Notes: generated by a model from the letters alone, not told the origin. Shown: positions 40,845 through 52,704, counted from the first letter of the whole stretch. The stretch is DNA of 63,287 bases, filler included, from Octopus bimaculoides (GCF_001194135.2; 5 parts of 5 records of this genome joined end to end with filler, not necessarily neighbours in it), one strand, 5' to 3'. Made by a program: numbers and translations.

Positions 40845-41471
40845 GTAAGATCTTTACGCCATTAGCATAACAGGCTGATAGTGATGGGTTAGCGGAATCG
40901 TTGAGCACTGGAGAAAATGCCTTGTGATATTTCTTCTGAATCAATACTCTCTCAGTCAAAAATCCCGCTGAGATTCATTTTGCCTTTATATTCTTCCAAG
41001 GTCGATAAAATAAATGACCAGTCAAGAACTGTGGACATTACAACCGACTTACACCTCTCTATCAAATCCTGGCAGTAATAAAGACCTCATAGCTATTATT
41101 CTATAATTATTATGCAAGTAAAGTAAATGCATCTTCGTCGGTTTCAACGATGAGTTTTCAGTCATTCGATCATCCGAATTACTCGCACATTGTATTAGTT
41201 TTTATAAGGTTTAGTATTTCTCAAAAACGTGTGCCCTTAATGTAATCCCCAGGCAGAATCAGCGTGACACGGTGTAAGAAAGTGATATCATTCAATTACG
41301 GCCCAAGTCCATTCGACGAGTTTTCACACATTTTCACATCTGCACAATTTCACTTGCGGGGCTTGGGTCGACCCGAGGCTATAATTGAACACATTTACTC
41401 AAGACGTGGAATCGAACCTAGGTTCTCAGGATATTGCAGAGCGAAATTCTTCAACAATCAGACATGACGGA

Positions 41472-41575
<104 letters not shown>

Positions 41576-41734
41576 ATACACATGCGTGTGTGCAAATATT
41601 AACATTACGTAGTAGAGTTCTTTCCCTTGTATTACAAATCCATTTGATTTCTGAACTGGGTTACCTCCCTTCGATACAGTCTCCTGTTTCAGCCAAACTA
41701 TGGTATCAATTACCCGATTACTAACACAGCGTGG

Positions 41735-41910
41735 GTTGAGCTGGCAGAATCGTTCGTGTGTCGAACAAAATGCGTAACGTTATTTCTTCTGGTCCTTTAC
41801 CGCTGAGGTTAGCTTTACCTTTCAGCCTTTCAGGGTCGAGAAAATAAAGTACCAGTCAAGTACTGGGATCGATGTAATGGCCTAACCCCTTTCCTTAAAA
41901 TTACTGGCAA
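41735..41910 (+). mobile_element. SINE family C copy
   Basis: gagctggcagaatcgttcgtg...ttcagcctttcagggtcgagaaaataaagtaccagtc. Confidence 0.8.
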
Positions 41911-42099
41911 TTTTTTTTTTTTTTTACAGGTTTCAGTCATTGCCTGCAGCCATACTGGAGCAACAGCAAGTATTTTAGTCAATTACATCGCTCTAGTACA
42001 TATTTCAGTTTGGTATCTAATTTATCGATTTCACTTTGTCGAATTGTGATGCTACAAGAAACAAACGTAAATAACACCACTTTTTTTTCTTAGACCATG

Positions 42100-42881
42100 T
42101 CCAACGTGTTAACAAAAACAGAATGGCTATCGACCAGTTCTTCAACACAAAACACGAACTTTGCGTTGTCAGAGCAAGAGCTCGTCTGTTAAAAACTAGA
42201 AAAAACGAAAGCTGTTGCGCGATATGGCAACATAGCCACAATTCCGAGCAGGACGGGCGCATGCTAAGTGCAAGCAGATGTGTGCAGTGTTCCAGTAGCA
42301 TTTTGCTCAACTGAGTAAGCAATAAGTGAAGAAACGGTTTTGGGCGTATGGTGGAAATGGAAAGGGATTATCCATTACGAATTGCTTGAAAGGAACCAAA
42401 CGGTTAACGCGGAACTCTATGTTCAGCAGATGGAACAACTCAACACAACTATTCAAGAGAAAAGACCTAATCGGCAGCATGGAGTTCTTCTGCTGCACGA
42501 CAACGCCCGACCTCATATCACCAATATGACCAAGGAAGCCTTTCAAACGCATGGCTGGGAAGTACTGCCACACCCTTCGTACTCTCCTGATTTGGCATCA
42601 ACGGATTTCCATCTCTTTCGATCGATCTCTTTCAAGTGCTATGCGCGGAGTTTCGTTCAATACTGATGCAGAATTGAGAGCTTGGTTGGATCAATTTTTT
42701 GAGTCGAAATCGAGTAATTTCTACCAACGAGGTTATGAAAATCTTGTTGAATGTTGGGAAGAAGTTGTAAACAACAAGGGTGAATACATTTTATAGATTA
42801 ATTAGTTATTATTTTTTATTAAACCTTTTAAAAAAATATAAATAAAAAAAAGACGGCGGGAACTTAGTTACCAACCCAATA
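42100..42881 (+). mobile_element. Mariner (DD34D) transposase pseudogene, 3' half, with right TIR
   Basis: VWWKWKGIIHYELL, LLLHDNARPH, LPHPSYSPDLASTDFHLFRS, frameshift, WEEVVNNKGEYIL*; terminal gacggcgggaacttagttaccaacccaaTA. Confidence 0.95.
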
Positions 42882-42929
42882 CAACAACACCTACCTCATT
42901 CGATACATCACAGAGGGAGGGGCTAACAA

Positions 42930-43750
42930 ACTTGGTGTTAGTGAAGCCTCAATTGATTTGGATCAGTCGAAAGCTTTCGATAGGGTCGACTATCGCTACC
43001 TGGTAAAAACCCTAAGAGCTATTGGTTTCGCACCCGATTTTTTAGAGGCAAGATCGCAACGATACACAATGGTGACCAAGGCAAACAACCTCCTTTCAGA
43101 ACCGCAATACATCTCATGCTCTTCCTTCAGGAGTGCTCTTTCTCATCTCTTCTACACATACTGATTCTCGAGCCATTGCCACGGAAGATAGAACTCTTGA
43201 GAGGTATGTCTTTAGAGCAGGGATGTAGAAGAGCTGTGTCGGCGTGTACAGATGACATCACCATATTTGTGTCAGACACCACGGAACTGCAAGTAGTCGA
43301 TTTCATTCTAAAGGTATGCGAGGCGATGGCAGAAACATAGAAAAATCTGGAGAAGTCAGTTGGCTTGTGAATCGGCATCTGGAGGGGCAGTTCTATGTCT
43401 TCGAACAGCATAGTTGATGGCTGGAGAGAGGGGTAGGCTAAATTGCGCGGAGTCTGGTTCGGTACGAATCTCCAGATGGACAAATTCTGAGACGGGGTCG
43501 TGCGCAAAGTGGCCAACGTCACTTAGAAACGGGCTGCGAGGAAGTTCTCCCTGAAATGTCATGCAGAGGCGGCGAATGCCTACATCACCTCCGGCATTAC
43601 TCACCGCTTGGCAGTTGTGCCTTGACCCAGTCCCCGTTTGGCCAGGCTGGAGCGTCTGTTTTTCTACTTCACGTAGAAGGGGTGTGTTTCACCGTTAAGC
43701 GGTACATCAGTTGCCAGCGTCCTCCAGAAGGCTGACCAGGTATGCTTAGC
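42930..43750 (+). mobile_element. Tx1/L1-like LINE reverse transcriptase relic
   Basis: LDQSKAFDRVDYRYL, FSSLLHILILEPL, SACTDDITIFV motifs with frameshifts. Confidence 0.85.
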
Positions 43751-43862
43751 TTTCGATTACTTAGATTTCGGCCTGTCCTGAGCCCCAAGGCCCCAAGAGG
43801 TGGGAGCATAACCAGGCTATATAAGGCTTTTGTCGTTAATAATTATGTTCAGTAAATAAGGC

Positions 43863-43970
43863 AGCGAGCTGGTAGAATCGTTAGCACTCCGGCGAGCTGG
43901 TAGAATCGTTAGCACTCCGGCGAGCTGGTAGAATCGTTAGCACTCCGGCGAGCTGGTAGAATCGTTAGCA
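43863..43970 (+). repeat. 28-bp minisatellite made from the SINE C 5' head, at least 4 units, runs into a gap
   Basis: Unit GGCGAGCTGGTAGAATCGTTAGCACTCC at 43863, 43891, 43919, 43947. Confidence 0.95.
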
Positions 43971-44120
43971 NNNNNNNNNNNNNNNNNNNNNNNNNNNNNN
44001 NNNNNNNNNNNNNNTTAATTAATTAANNNNNNNNNNNNNNNNNNNNNNNNNNNNNNNNNNNNNNNNNNNNGCGTAGAATGTGTGCAGTACCCAGTAGGGC
44101 AATTTTCTGTATGTTATATA

Positions 44121-44175
<55 letters not shown>

Positions 44176-44399
44176 GTTGTTATTATTATTATTATTATTG
44201 TTATTATTATCATTATAATTATAATTATTATTTCTGTTAACTAATCTAGTATTAAAGCTAATCCCTTTAAGTCTTTAATGTAGTTTCTACAGCTTCATAT
44301 GTTCTAGTTAACTACTTTAATAGCCAGAAATTATGGACTCTATTCCGGAACACTCGTTTGTTAATCGTCTTTACTGCGTTCGTAAATACTCCGCTACTT

Positions 44400-44830
44400 A
44401 AACAAGATGCCTCATACTTTTTCGGCTCAGTTTTTTTCTCTTCTATTTTATCTATTATCCATCTTTATTTTCAACATTTTCCCCTATTATGCTTCAATTC
44501 CTTTCATTGCAAATCTATCTTCCATTCCAACGCCATTTCTTTATTGGTGCCACCATAGAATATTTTTTACTATTTGTTTCAAATAATGTCTTATTCTATT
44601 CCAAGTTCTTGTTCCTGTTTTTCAAACACCTTATCTGGCATGTCTCTGCTGAGAGAAATTTTAAAGGGTTTTTCTTTTTTCTCTCTAATTTATAGATCCT
44701 TTTTCTTTTCCAGCATTCCATATTCCCAGAACATTTTCCCATTTTCTTTCTGATGTTTTTTACATTACATCCCACTCCATTTCTGTTCCACTAAGTAAGG
44801 TTAATGATCCCGAATCGTGTTCTTTCTTTT
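44400..44830 (-). mobile_element. Possible RTE-type LINE AP-endonuclease relic
   Basis: Minus-strand pieces RFGSL and IFYGGTNK..NGVG resemble RTE APE motifs; heavily decayed. Confidence 0.35.
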
Positions 44831-45934
44831 CAATGTTTTATGGCTGCTGATGAGCGAATGACTGACTGTATTAGGGTCACATCAGCTTACCCTCGGTACA
44901 ACCACGGCTATTAACTAAATTAGATTATTCCACATGTCGCTGTGGAAGTTCTCTTATTTATTCTTCTTTTTGTAAAATATTTCTTTAAAAAAAAACCCAA
45001 AAACCTGGCTGAATTTCTTTCCGTTCATCCACGATGATTGCTTCTATTTTGGTGACTTGCGTGTGGTTCGTACATTTTTCGTTTTTACTCAGTGTTGTCT
45101 CTGTTTAATCTATTATCATGTAAACTATTATTTCGTTTGTAGTTACACACAAAATCGAGAGTAAACATATGTTACAGCTTGGCCATTTCAGTGGTGCTGT
45201 CTGTGGAAACTTTTACTGGCGTTCTTGGAACTGTGCATATGGTTGTAGTTCTCATTCGTTAAGAGGCTTCTTTCATTGATGTTTCTAGTGCTGTTCCTGC
45301 CAAAGTTACTTTTGTCTGCTTAAATTTAGGCATATTTCCATCAATCCAAAATGGCGTACCACCCAAAAAGTTCGGTGCTATTGTTTTGGTCTGTTGATTA
45401 CATTCTTGTGCGTCTTAAAGCTCAGAGACTATCAATGAAAGATCAAACCATTTATAAGTGATTAATAACTGATCCAAACAAACTGATTTTACTTAATTGT
45501 TGTTGTTGTTGTTCTTACATTAACTCTGATTGAGTAGACTTTTAATCAAATGTATTCCACCCATGACTATCCAGTCCGTCATTCTAGTACTGGTTGACAT
45601 GGAAACGTTCATAACAGAATTGCGAACCAATAATACACTGAAGGATCAACACAATGTACACGTATAGACGGCGTTAGAATATGTGATGTGTGTATATGCA
45701 CATATATATATGTTTATACACACACACACACACACACACATACACGCACATTTATATGTGTGCGTATATGTATGTATATACATATACATTTTTGGGGATA
45801 TACACATCCACACACATATTTACATAAATATATGATGTGTTAGTATATGTGTATGTATGTACTTATGCGTGTGTGTGCATATGTATGTATGAATGTAAGT
45901 AAGTATATATATATGTGTGTGTGTGTGTGTGTGA

Positions 45935-45965
<31 letters not shown>

Positions 45966-46113
45966 GATAGATAGATAGATAGATATACATAAATATCCTA
46001 TTATTTCTCCACGTGCGGTTAACACAACCCCACTATTTACTGACTTATATATATATATATACATATGTATGTATATATATGCACACACACATATATATAT
46101 ATATACATACATA

Positions 46114-46460
46114 CACAGGGTGCAATGGATAAATTGTCGCCCTTCTATAGTTTTAATTTTGCGCATGCGTATTATTTGTCTTTAGTTTAGTCAGCTACAC
46201 AGTATAGCAGTGTCAGTTGGGTACCATCTGTCCGTCTGTGATAAAAACAGCACCATGACGCAATTCCATCTGCTAGAAACTTGGATAGTCATGCTGTACT
46301 GCTTAGCATTCGCGCCGGGATCTCCAGCATTTCGGAGTGTTGGGTATCAATCTGACTCCACAAAACATGTACTGAGAGTGATAAGAATCAAACATCCAGT
46401 CAACATCATGGTGTTTGAAGTGATCACTAGTAATGGTGACGCTATACTTCCATTCATCTC
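46114..46460 (+). mobile_element. Tc1/mariner left end plus internal transposase fragment
   Basis: Begins cagggtgc after a TA-rich tract; peptide KHPVNIMVFEVITSNGDAILPF resembles the K(H/F)PxxxMVxGVxxSxGxxMPP motif. Confidence 0.6.
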
Positions 46461-46982
46461 ACTATACGGCCTAACCCTAGCCCTAATATTATATATATAT
46501 ATGTATATATATCCTTTATTTGCATTTGTATTTGCGTACTATTTCTCCGTTTTTTCTGTCCTTGTTTTCTTATACATTCGCTGCTTTCTTCCAATGAATC
46601 TAATGCTCTTAGCTTAGTTTTTCATTGGGGCTGGCCAGATTGGAGCAATCTCGAGTATAACCAGTCGAAATTGCGAAGATAATCTGGAACTCGACTGAAG
46701 AAAGAAAACTCCGAATGACCCGTCCTTGTTTTTTGGCATCGACTGTCTAGATGTTTTGTTGGTCCTTTTTTGTATCATCTAACTGTTTGGATGTTTTGCG
46801 TTCTTGTCCCATTTTTTATATTCCTTCATATATATATATTTAGTTTAAATTTACAGAAAAATGAAAGACAAACACAGGTGTATAAACAAGCAGGTGTATT
46901 CGTTTGACGCTCGGGAAGGTGAAAACGTGTTTTACGATTCGAGCCTACGCCCATCAACAGAAGGGAACAGGAGAAAATATAT

Positions 46983-47145
46983 GCGACGGGCTTCTTTCAG
47001 TTTCGTCTACCAAATCCGCTCACACGTCTTTGGTTGGTCCGAGGCTATATTAGGAGATACTTGCCCAAAGTACCACGCAGTAGGACTGAACCCGGAACCA
47101 TGTGGTCGGGAAGCAAGCTTCTTACCACATAGCCGCACCTGCGCC
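46983..47145 (-). mobile_element. SINE family A head only
   Basis: gacgggcttctttcagtttcgtctaccaaatccgctcac...cttaccacatagccgcacctgcgc. Confidence 0.85.
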
Positions 47146-47149
47146 ATTA

Positions 47150-47185
<36 letters not shown>

Positions 47186-47269
47186 CCTTTCAAAATTTCT
47201 CTAATCAACACGACTGCTGGTTTTTTTCAACAGAAGATTTTTTATTCATGTGATAACAGTTTCGTTGAC

Positions 47270-47512
47270 CATGACGACGATGACGATGACGACGACGGTG
47301 ATGATGGTGATGATGATGATGATGATGATGATGATGGGGATGATGATGGTGGTGGTGGTGGTGGTGGTGGTGGTGGTTGTGGTGGCGGGTGTTTATTTTG
47401 ATGAACAAATTTATTTAATATTCATTGCAGAATCGATAAAATTATAATTATTATTAACATAGTTTCTATCTTGTTATTGTCGTTGATGCTATAATTATTT
47501 TTTTGCTCTCTT

Positions 47513-47555
<43 letters not shown>

Positions 47556-47839
47556 CGATGATGATCATGATCATGATCATTATCATAATCATCATCATCA
47601 TCATCATGACATAGCCTGAGTTTTTTTTTTTACCATTATCGGCTTTATCACAATATCATCAGATCTGCTCACAATATCACGACTCTAACACCTACCACCA
47701 ATAACGCCACCGCCACCACCACCAACAATGTGACACTACCTCCACTACATTATCATCACCACTTACACCACTCAATCACCAATACGACAATCAAAACTTC
47801 TTAGTCGCTATGGCCACCAACACTGTCATTATGGCCACT

Positions 47840-47871
<32 letters not shown>

Positions 47872-47900
47872 CATCATCAACAGCAGCAGCGGTGGCGGTG
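47270..47900. repeat. Mosaic GAT/GAC/GGT/CAT/CAG trinucleotide region
   Basis: Read directly; gives the poly-D/H/M/G ORFs. Confidence 0.9.
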
Positions 47901-47944
47901 GCAGCAATAGAAGTGTTATTTTTATAATTATTATATGCTTATTA

Positions 47945-48140
47945 TTGGCCAGCAGACAGAATTGTTTGAGCATCGGAAAAAAATTGCCTTTCAGTATTTA
48001 TTCCGACTCTTTGTGTTCTACGTTCAAATCCTCCTGGGGTACCTTTCAGCCTTTGGGGATTTATAAAGTACTGAAGTACTGAGTTAATGGTATCGATTAA
48101 CCCCCTTCCCTCAAAATCACTGGCAAGATGCCTTGCTGCA
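47945..48140 (+). mobile_element. SINE family C copy
   Basis: ggccagcagacagaattgtttgagcatcgg...cagcctttggggatttataaagtac. Confidence 0.75.
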
Positions 48141-48883
48141 TTTAATCTATTTCTATTACGACCTACCACCAGCGTCCTCCAGCAGTTGATAAAAATACCA
48201 GTCGTGCACTGGGGTCACTGTTTCTGAAGTTACTCAATGTCGATACACTTTCAGTACAGCTTCTTATACACACCACACACGCTACACAATTACCACCAAA
48301 AACTGTAACAAACTACAACATATACTCCACACAGTTACCACCGAATACAGTAACACAAGCTACACACGTACTCTACACAGTTACCATCCAATGAAAATAG
48401 AGGAATCTTCGTCGATGTCGACGATGAGCATTCACTTGTTTGATTAACTAAATTCGCTGTTCATTGAATTCTGGTGTAAGTAGCTGTGTCTACCACAGAG
48501 ACGTGTAACCTTTACCTAATTCTCAAAGCGAATCAACGTGCCACTGGAATTATTGGTACAATCAACACTGTGGGCTTCCGCGTAGTTTCTGTTTCCCTAC
48601 TTTAATTCAAAAGTCATCAGCTGACTCGAGACACTTGCCTAAAATACCATGAGGGGGAGGTTGCAGAGTGAACTTCTTAACCATTCGCCCATGCTGCGTC
48701 CCTGCACACACAAACATGTAAGTCACCAGTGGGTGTCAAACTTAATTCTCGTCGTTCATGTCCATATACACTATAATACATGGTACAGAGTAGTGGTTTT
48801 CAACTGGGCTCCATATGGCACCTGAAACTCCATATGAGGTTTGGGGGGGGGGCTCCACGCAACAAAAGAGTAAATTGGGGTAA

Positions 48884-49075
48884 TACAGTTCTATATTTAA
48901 GAGATGAGGAATTATGTACATTATTTACATTACTTACAATTGACGGGTATTTGTCCTCATTTTGTTTGCTGTTAACACAACGTTTCGGCTAATATACCCT
49001 CCAGCCTTCATCAGGTGTTTTGGAGAAATTTCGAAACCCTTAACCACTATGCCATATGCCCACGGCAGTGACCTG
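48884..49075 (-). mobile_element. Hammerhead-bearing Penelope-related element, copy 2, with tRNA-like A-box segment
   Basis: Reverse complement of about 215-376; TGGCATAGTGGT (A box) at 49054-49043; CAGGTCACTGCC shared with 140-151. Confidence 0.8.
48974..49019 (-). ncRNA. Minimal type I hammerhead ribozyme with intact catalytic core
   Basis: AACAC-CUGAUGA-A-GGCUG[GAGGGUAUAU]UAGCC-GAAAC-GUU-GUGUU. Stem I AACAC/GUGUU, stem II GGCUG/UAGCC, loopless palindromic stem III (AACGUU). Confidence 0.8.
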
Positions 49076-49117
49076 AATGATAATAACCACAATAATAATA
49101 ATAATAACAATAATAAT

Positions 49118-49517
49118 ATGGACTTGCCCCATGATAAAAACTGGTGGGAACACAAACCACCCCCAGTACTTGAAAATGATCACATTGCACTCCTCTGGAA
49201 CTTCACCATTCAAACTGACAGAAAGATAGACGCAAATAGGCCAGACATCATACTGAAAGACTTCAGACAAAAATCATGCCTCCTCATTGATATGACTGTC
49301 CCAATCGATATAAACGTATCTGTCAAGACCTACCAAAAACTGAGCAAATATAAAGATCTTGAAATAGAAATTAGCAAAATGTGGAATCTGAAGACGAAAA
49401 CAATACCTATTGTCATAGGTGCCCTGGGAATGACAGCGAAACGGGCTGATTACTACCTAGATCAGATTCCAGGAAACCCCAAAATGGCTGAAGTTCAAAA
49501 GATAGTGCTCATGGGAN
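49118..49517 (+). mobile_element. 5'-truncated R4/Dong-like non-LTR retrotransposon, restriction-like endonuclease domain
   Basis: Stop-free frame WWEHKPPPVLEN..LLWNFTIQTD..IDANRPDII..LIDMTVP..KLSKYKDL..IPIVIGALG (PD..D..K RLE motif); begins right after (AAT)n; cut by a gap. Confidence 0.9.
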
Positions 49518-49857
49518 NNNNNNNNNNNNNNNNNNNNNNNNNNNNNNNNNNNNNNNNNNNNNNNNNNNNNNNNNNNNNNNNNNNNNNNNNNNNNNNNNNN
49601 NNNNNNNNNNNNNNNNNNNNNNNNNNNNNNNNNNNNNNNNNNNNNNNNNNNNNNNNNNNNNNNNNNNNNNNNNNNNNNNNNNNNNNNNNNNNNNNNNNNN
49701 NNNNNNNNNNNNNNNNNNNNNNNNNNNNNNNNNNNNNNNNNNNNNNNNNNNNNNNNNNNNNNNNNNNNNNNNNNNNNNNNNNNNNNNNNNNNNNNNNNNN
49801 NNNNNNNNNNNNNNNNNNNNNNNNNNNNNNNNNNNNNNNNNNNNNNNNNNNNNNNNN

Positions 49858-50043
49858 GTCATTTGACTGCGGCCATGCTGGAGCACCGCCTTTTAGTCGA
49901 GCAAATCGACCCCAGGACTTATTCTTTGCAAGCCTAGTGCTTATTCTATCGGTCTCTTTTGCCGAACCGTTAAGTTACGAGGACGTAAACACACCAGCAT
50001 CGGTTGTCAAGCGATGTTGGGGAGGGGGACAAACACAGGCATA

Positions 50044-50091
<48 letters not shown>

Positions 50092-50275
50092 CATATACAT
50101 ATATATATATAAGACGGGCTTCTTTCAGTTTCCATCTACCAAATCCACTCATAAGGCTTTAGTCGGCTCAAGGCAATAGTAGAAGACACTTGCCCAAGGT
50201 ACCACGCAGTGAACCTGAACCCGTAACCATGTGGTTGGTAAGCAAGCTACTCACCACACAGCCATTCCTGCGCCT
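49858..50275 (-). mobile_element. Near-complete SINE family A copy
   Basis: Body 49858-50040, (CA)/(TA) tract 50041-50110, tRNA-like head 50111-50275. Confidence 0.92.
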
Positions 50276-50574
50276 AATGTAAATAAAGTAAATTGGGGAT
50301 CTACAATAATGTTTTAAGGGTCCCAGTATTTATTGCAAGAAACAGTTCAGTTTCTTTCTCTAATGTTTTAAATATTTCAACCTACACAGGTTAATGTGTG
50401 AAAAATAAAATAGGAATTTTGAAAGAACTTTCTATAAAACAAGTTTTTAAACTTCGAATGGCTAGGTGGGGTCCACCAGAATAAAATAGTAATCAAAGGG
50501 GTCCATAAGTAAAAAATGGTTGAGAAACCCCTGGTATAGAATCTCATGAGCACCGAATATTATAACCATTCTAT

Positions 50575-50778
50575 AATAGAGAAAAGCCCTGAAATTTTAG
50601 GGGAGGGGGTAAGTCGATTTTATCGATCCCAGTACATGACTTGTATTTATCGATCCCGAAAGGCTGAAAGACAAAGTTGACCTCGGCAGAATTTGAACTG
50701 AGAACATATAGATGGATGAAATGCATCTAAGTACTTTGTCCGGTGGGCTATAAAGATCTTGCCAGCTCGTCGCCTTAA
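50575..50778 (-). mobile_element. SINE family C copy
   Basis: gatcccgaaaggctgaaagacaaagttgacctcggcagaatttgaac...gccagctcgtcgcctta. Confidence 0.85.
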
Positions 50779-50828
50779 GCACTCGGTGTGATAACGCTAC
50801 ACATAAGCATTCCTAATACATAACTCAC

Positions 50829-50894
50829 CCAACACATATTCTACACAACAAACGTGTCTTGAATGTAACACTCACCACAAACAGCGACGACAAC
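50829..50894 (-). other. Candidate micro-exon with two GTGAGT donors (19 or 66 nt)
   Basis: Acceptor ttcgattttcctttcttctag| at 50894; donors after 50876 and 50829. Confidence 0.35.
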
Positions 50895-51179
50895 CTAGAA
50901 GAAAGGAAAATCGAAATACTTGAAATGCACCCAGCTAACGAAAATGCACATACGTCAAATATACGGTGGGTTGTATAGAAGTGGGGGGAAATTATCTGGT
51001 GGTGGTGCTGTACAAGTTTGCACAAAAATCTGTTCCACAATGGCTGATAAAAGAATAGGACATTTGATGGTAGAATCGCTAAAAAGACTTTTCTGTATTT
51101 TCTTACCACTCCTTTACGTTCTGAGTTTAAATTCCATCACAATTATCTTTATTTTTTTTCCTTCCTCCTTAGTGTATAT

Positions 51180-51489
51180 GTCTATGCGACATCAACGAAA
51201 CGTTTGGTGAGGAAATGACCAGTGAGTGGTCAGCTTGAAAATGGTTTAAACGATTTCGCAGTGGAGACCTGAACCTTGAAGATCGTGAGCGTAGTGGACG
51301 CCCATCTGTCATCGGTGACGGTCAATTATAGACGGTCATTGAGAAAGATCCACGTAACACCACTCGAGAACTAGCAAAAGAACTTCAAGTTAGCCAGAAA
51401 AATGCCTGCAACCATTTGCATGCAATCAGAAAACTAAAAGAAAAAATGCTCGACAAATAGGAACAACACAATTTGAATGAAAATCAGAA
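51180..51489 (+). mobile_element. Mariner transposase N-terminal (HTH) relic
   Basis: KWFKRFRSGDLNLEDRERSGRPS, DPRNTTRELAKELQVS, decayed WVPHEL-like HNLNENQ; in-frame stops. Confidence 0.9.
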
Positions 51490-51946
51490 NNNNNNNNNNN
51501 NNNNNNNNNNNNNNNNNNNNNNNNNNNNNNNNNNNNNNNNNNNNNNNNNNNNNNNNNNNNNNNNNNNNNNNNNNNNNNNNNNNNNNNNNNNNNNNNNNNN
51601 NNNNNNNNNNNNNNNNNNNNNNNNNNNNNNNNNNNNNNNNNNNNNNNNNNNNNNNNNNNNNNNNGTGTGTGTATAAATATAAGATTTAACCCTCGTAGAA
51701 ATGAACTGGCTATCATCTTACATTCAAACCATGTTCGTCCCAATGCTCTCCCACCTCCAATCCTGCTCACATTTCTACTTTACTTACTTCACCTACCTAC
51801 CTATCAAATCTTATACTAAACCCTTTTACTCATTCTTTGCACCAGCCCGAGTACACCGACATCTCTAATTCCCAATCAGCCCTACAACATGTTTCTTCGA
51901 CACACATCGACCAAAACAGGTTCAAAGTGAACATCGGACGCATCGA

Positions 51947-52211
51947 CACCACAAGGGTTCTAGGGCCTGGAAAAACAGAGTAATAACTATCGCTGCTCTT
52001 GTTTCACTGAAGAAATATAAATCAAACAAAAATACTACAACCACTCTAACCGAAGACAAATATTGTATATGTACGTATCTAAAATAAATACAAATTTATG
52101 TCAGCCGCATGAACACCATAAGGGTTCTAGGACCTGGATAGATCGACTAATAACTATCGCTACTCTTGTTTCACTAATGAAATATAAACCAAACAACAAC
52201 AATACTACAAC
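51947..52211 (+). repeat. Two direct ~95-bp repeats, 167 bp apart
   Basis: cacca(c/t)aagggttctagg.cctgga...taataactatcgct.ctcttgtttcact...aatactacaac at 51947-52041 and 52114-52211. Confidence 0.85.
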
Positions 52212-52671
52212 TCTGACCCAAGTAATGTATTGTATAGGTTGATATTCCCTTTGGGAGTGAACAGATATTAACAGAGTACAATTGATGTTTTACCAATTCC
52301 AGACGTTCTTATTATGTTGCCACTTTGTTCTTGGTGTTGAAAAGTGCTTCTATTGATTTTGGTCAGCAATCGTTTGTTTTCTCATTCATAAACGCTGTTT
52401 TTGTAGTTACTGTTTCTTGCAGCTTTTATTGTTCTTCCTTGGTTTTCATGTTTGTGTTGTTGGTATTGTCATTTTTCTCATGGAAATAAGGTCTCGACCA
52501 TAAACACACACACCACATACATATATGTACGTATATATGCATTTATACTTATATACATACATATGTGTATATGGTGTGTGTGTGTGTGTGTGCGCGCACA
52601 CACACACACAAATATATACTTATGTATATGGGTGTGTGGGTATGGGCGTATGTCTCTCATCTAATTTATGT

Positions 52672-52704
<33 letters not shown>

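Noticed and set aside
43863-43970. 28-bp repeats as a CRISPR array
   Set aside because: No spacers; unit is a SINE head; eukaryotic context.
44846-44870. CTGATGA...GAA as a hammerhead (similar cores near 6550, 47660, 61025 on minus)
   Set aside because: No stem II or GAAA-NUH arrangement; chance heptamers.
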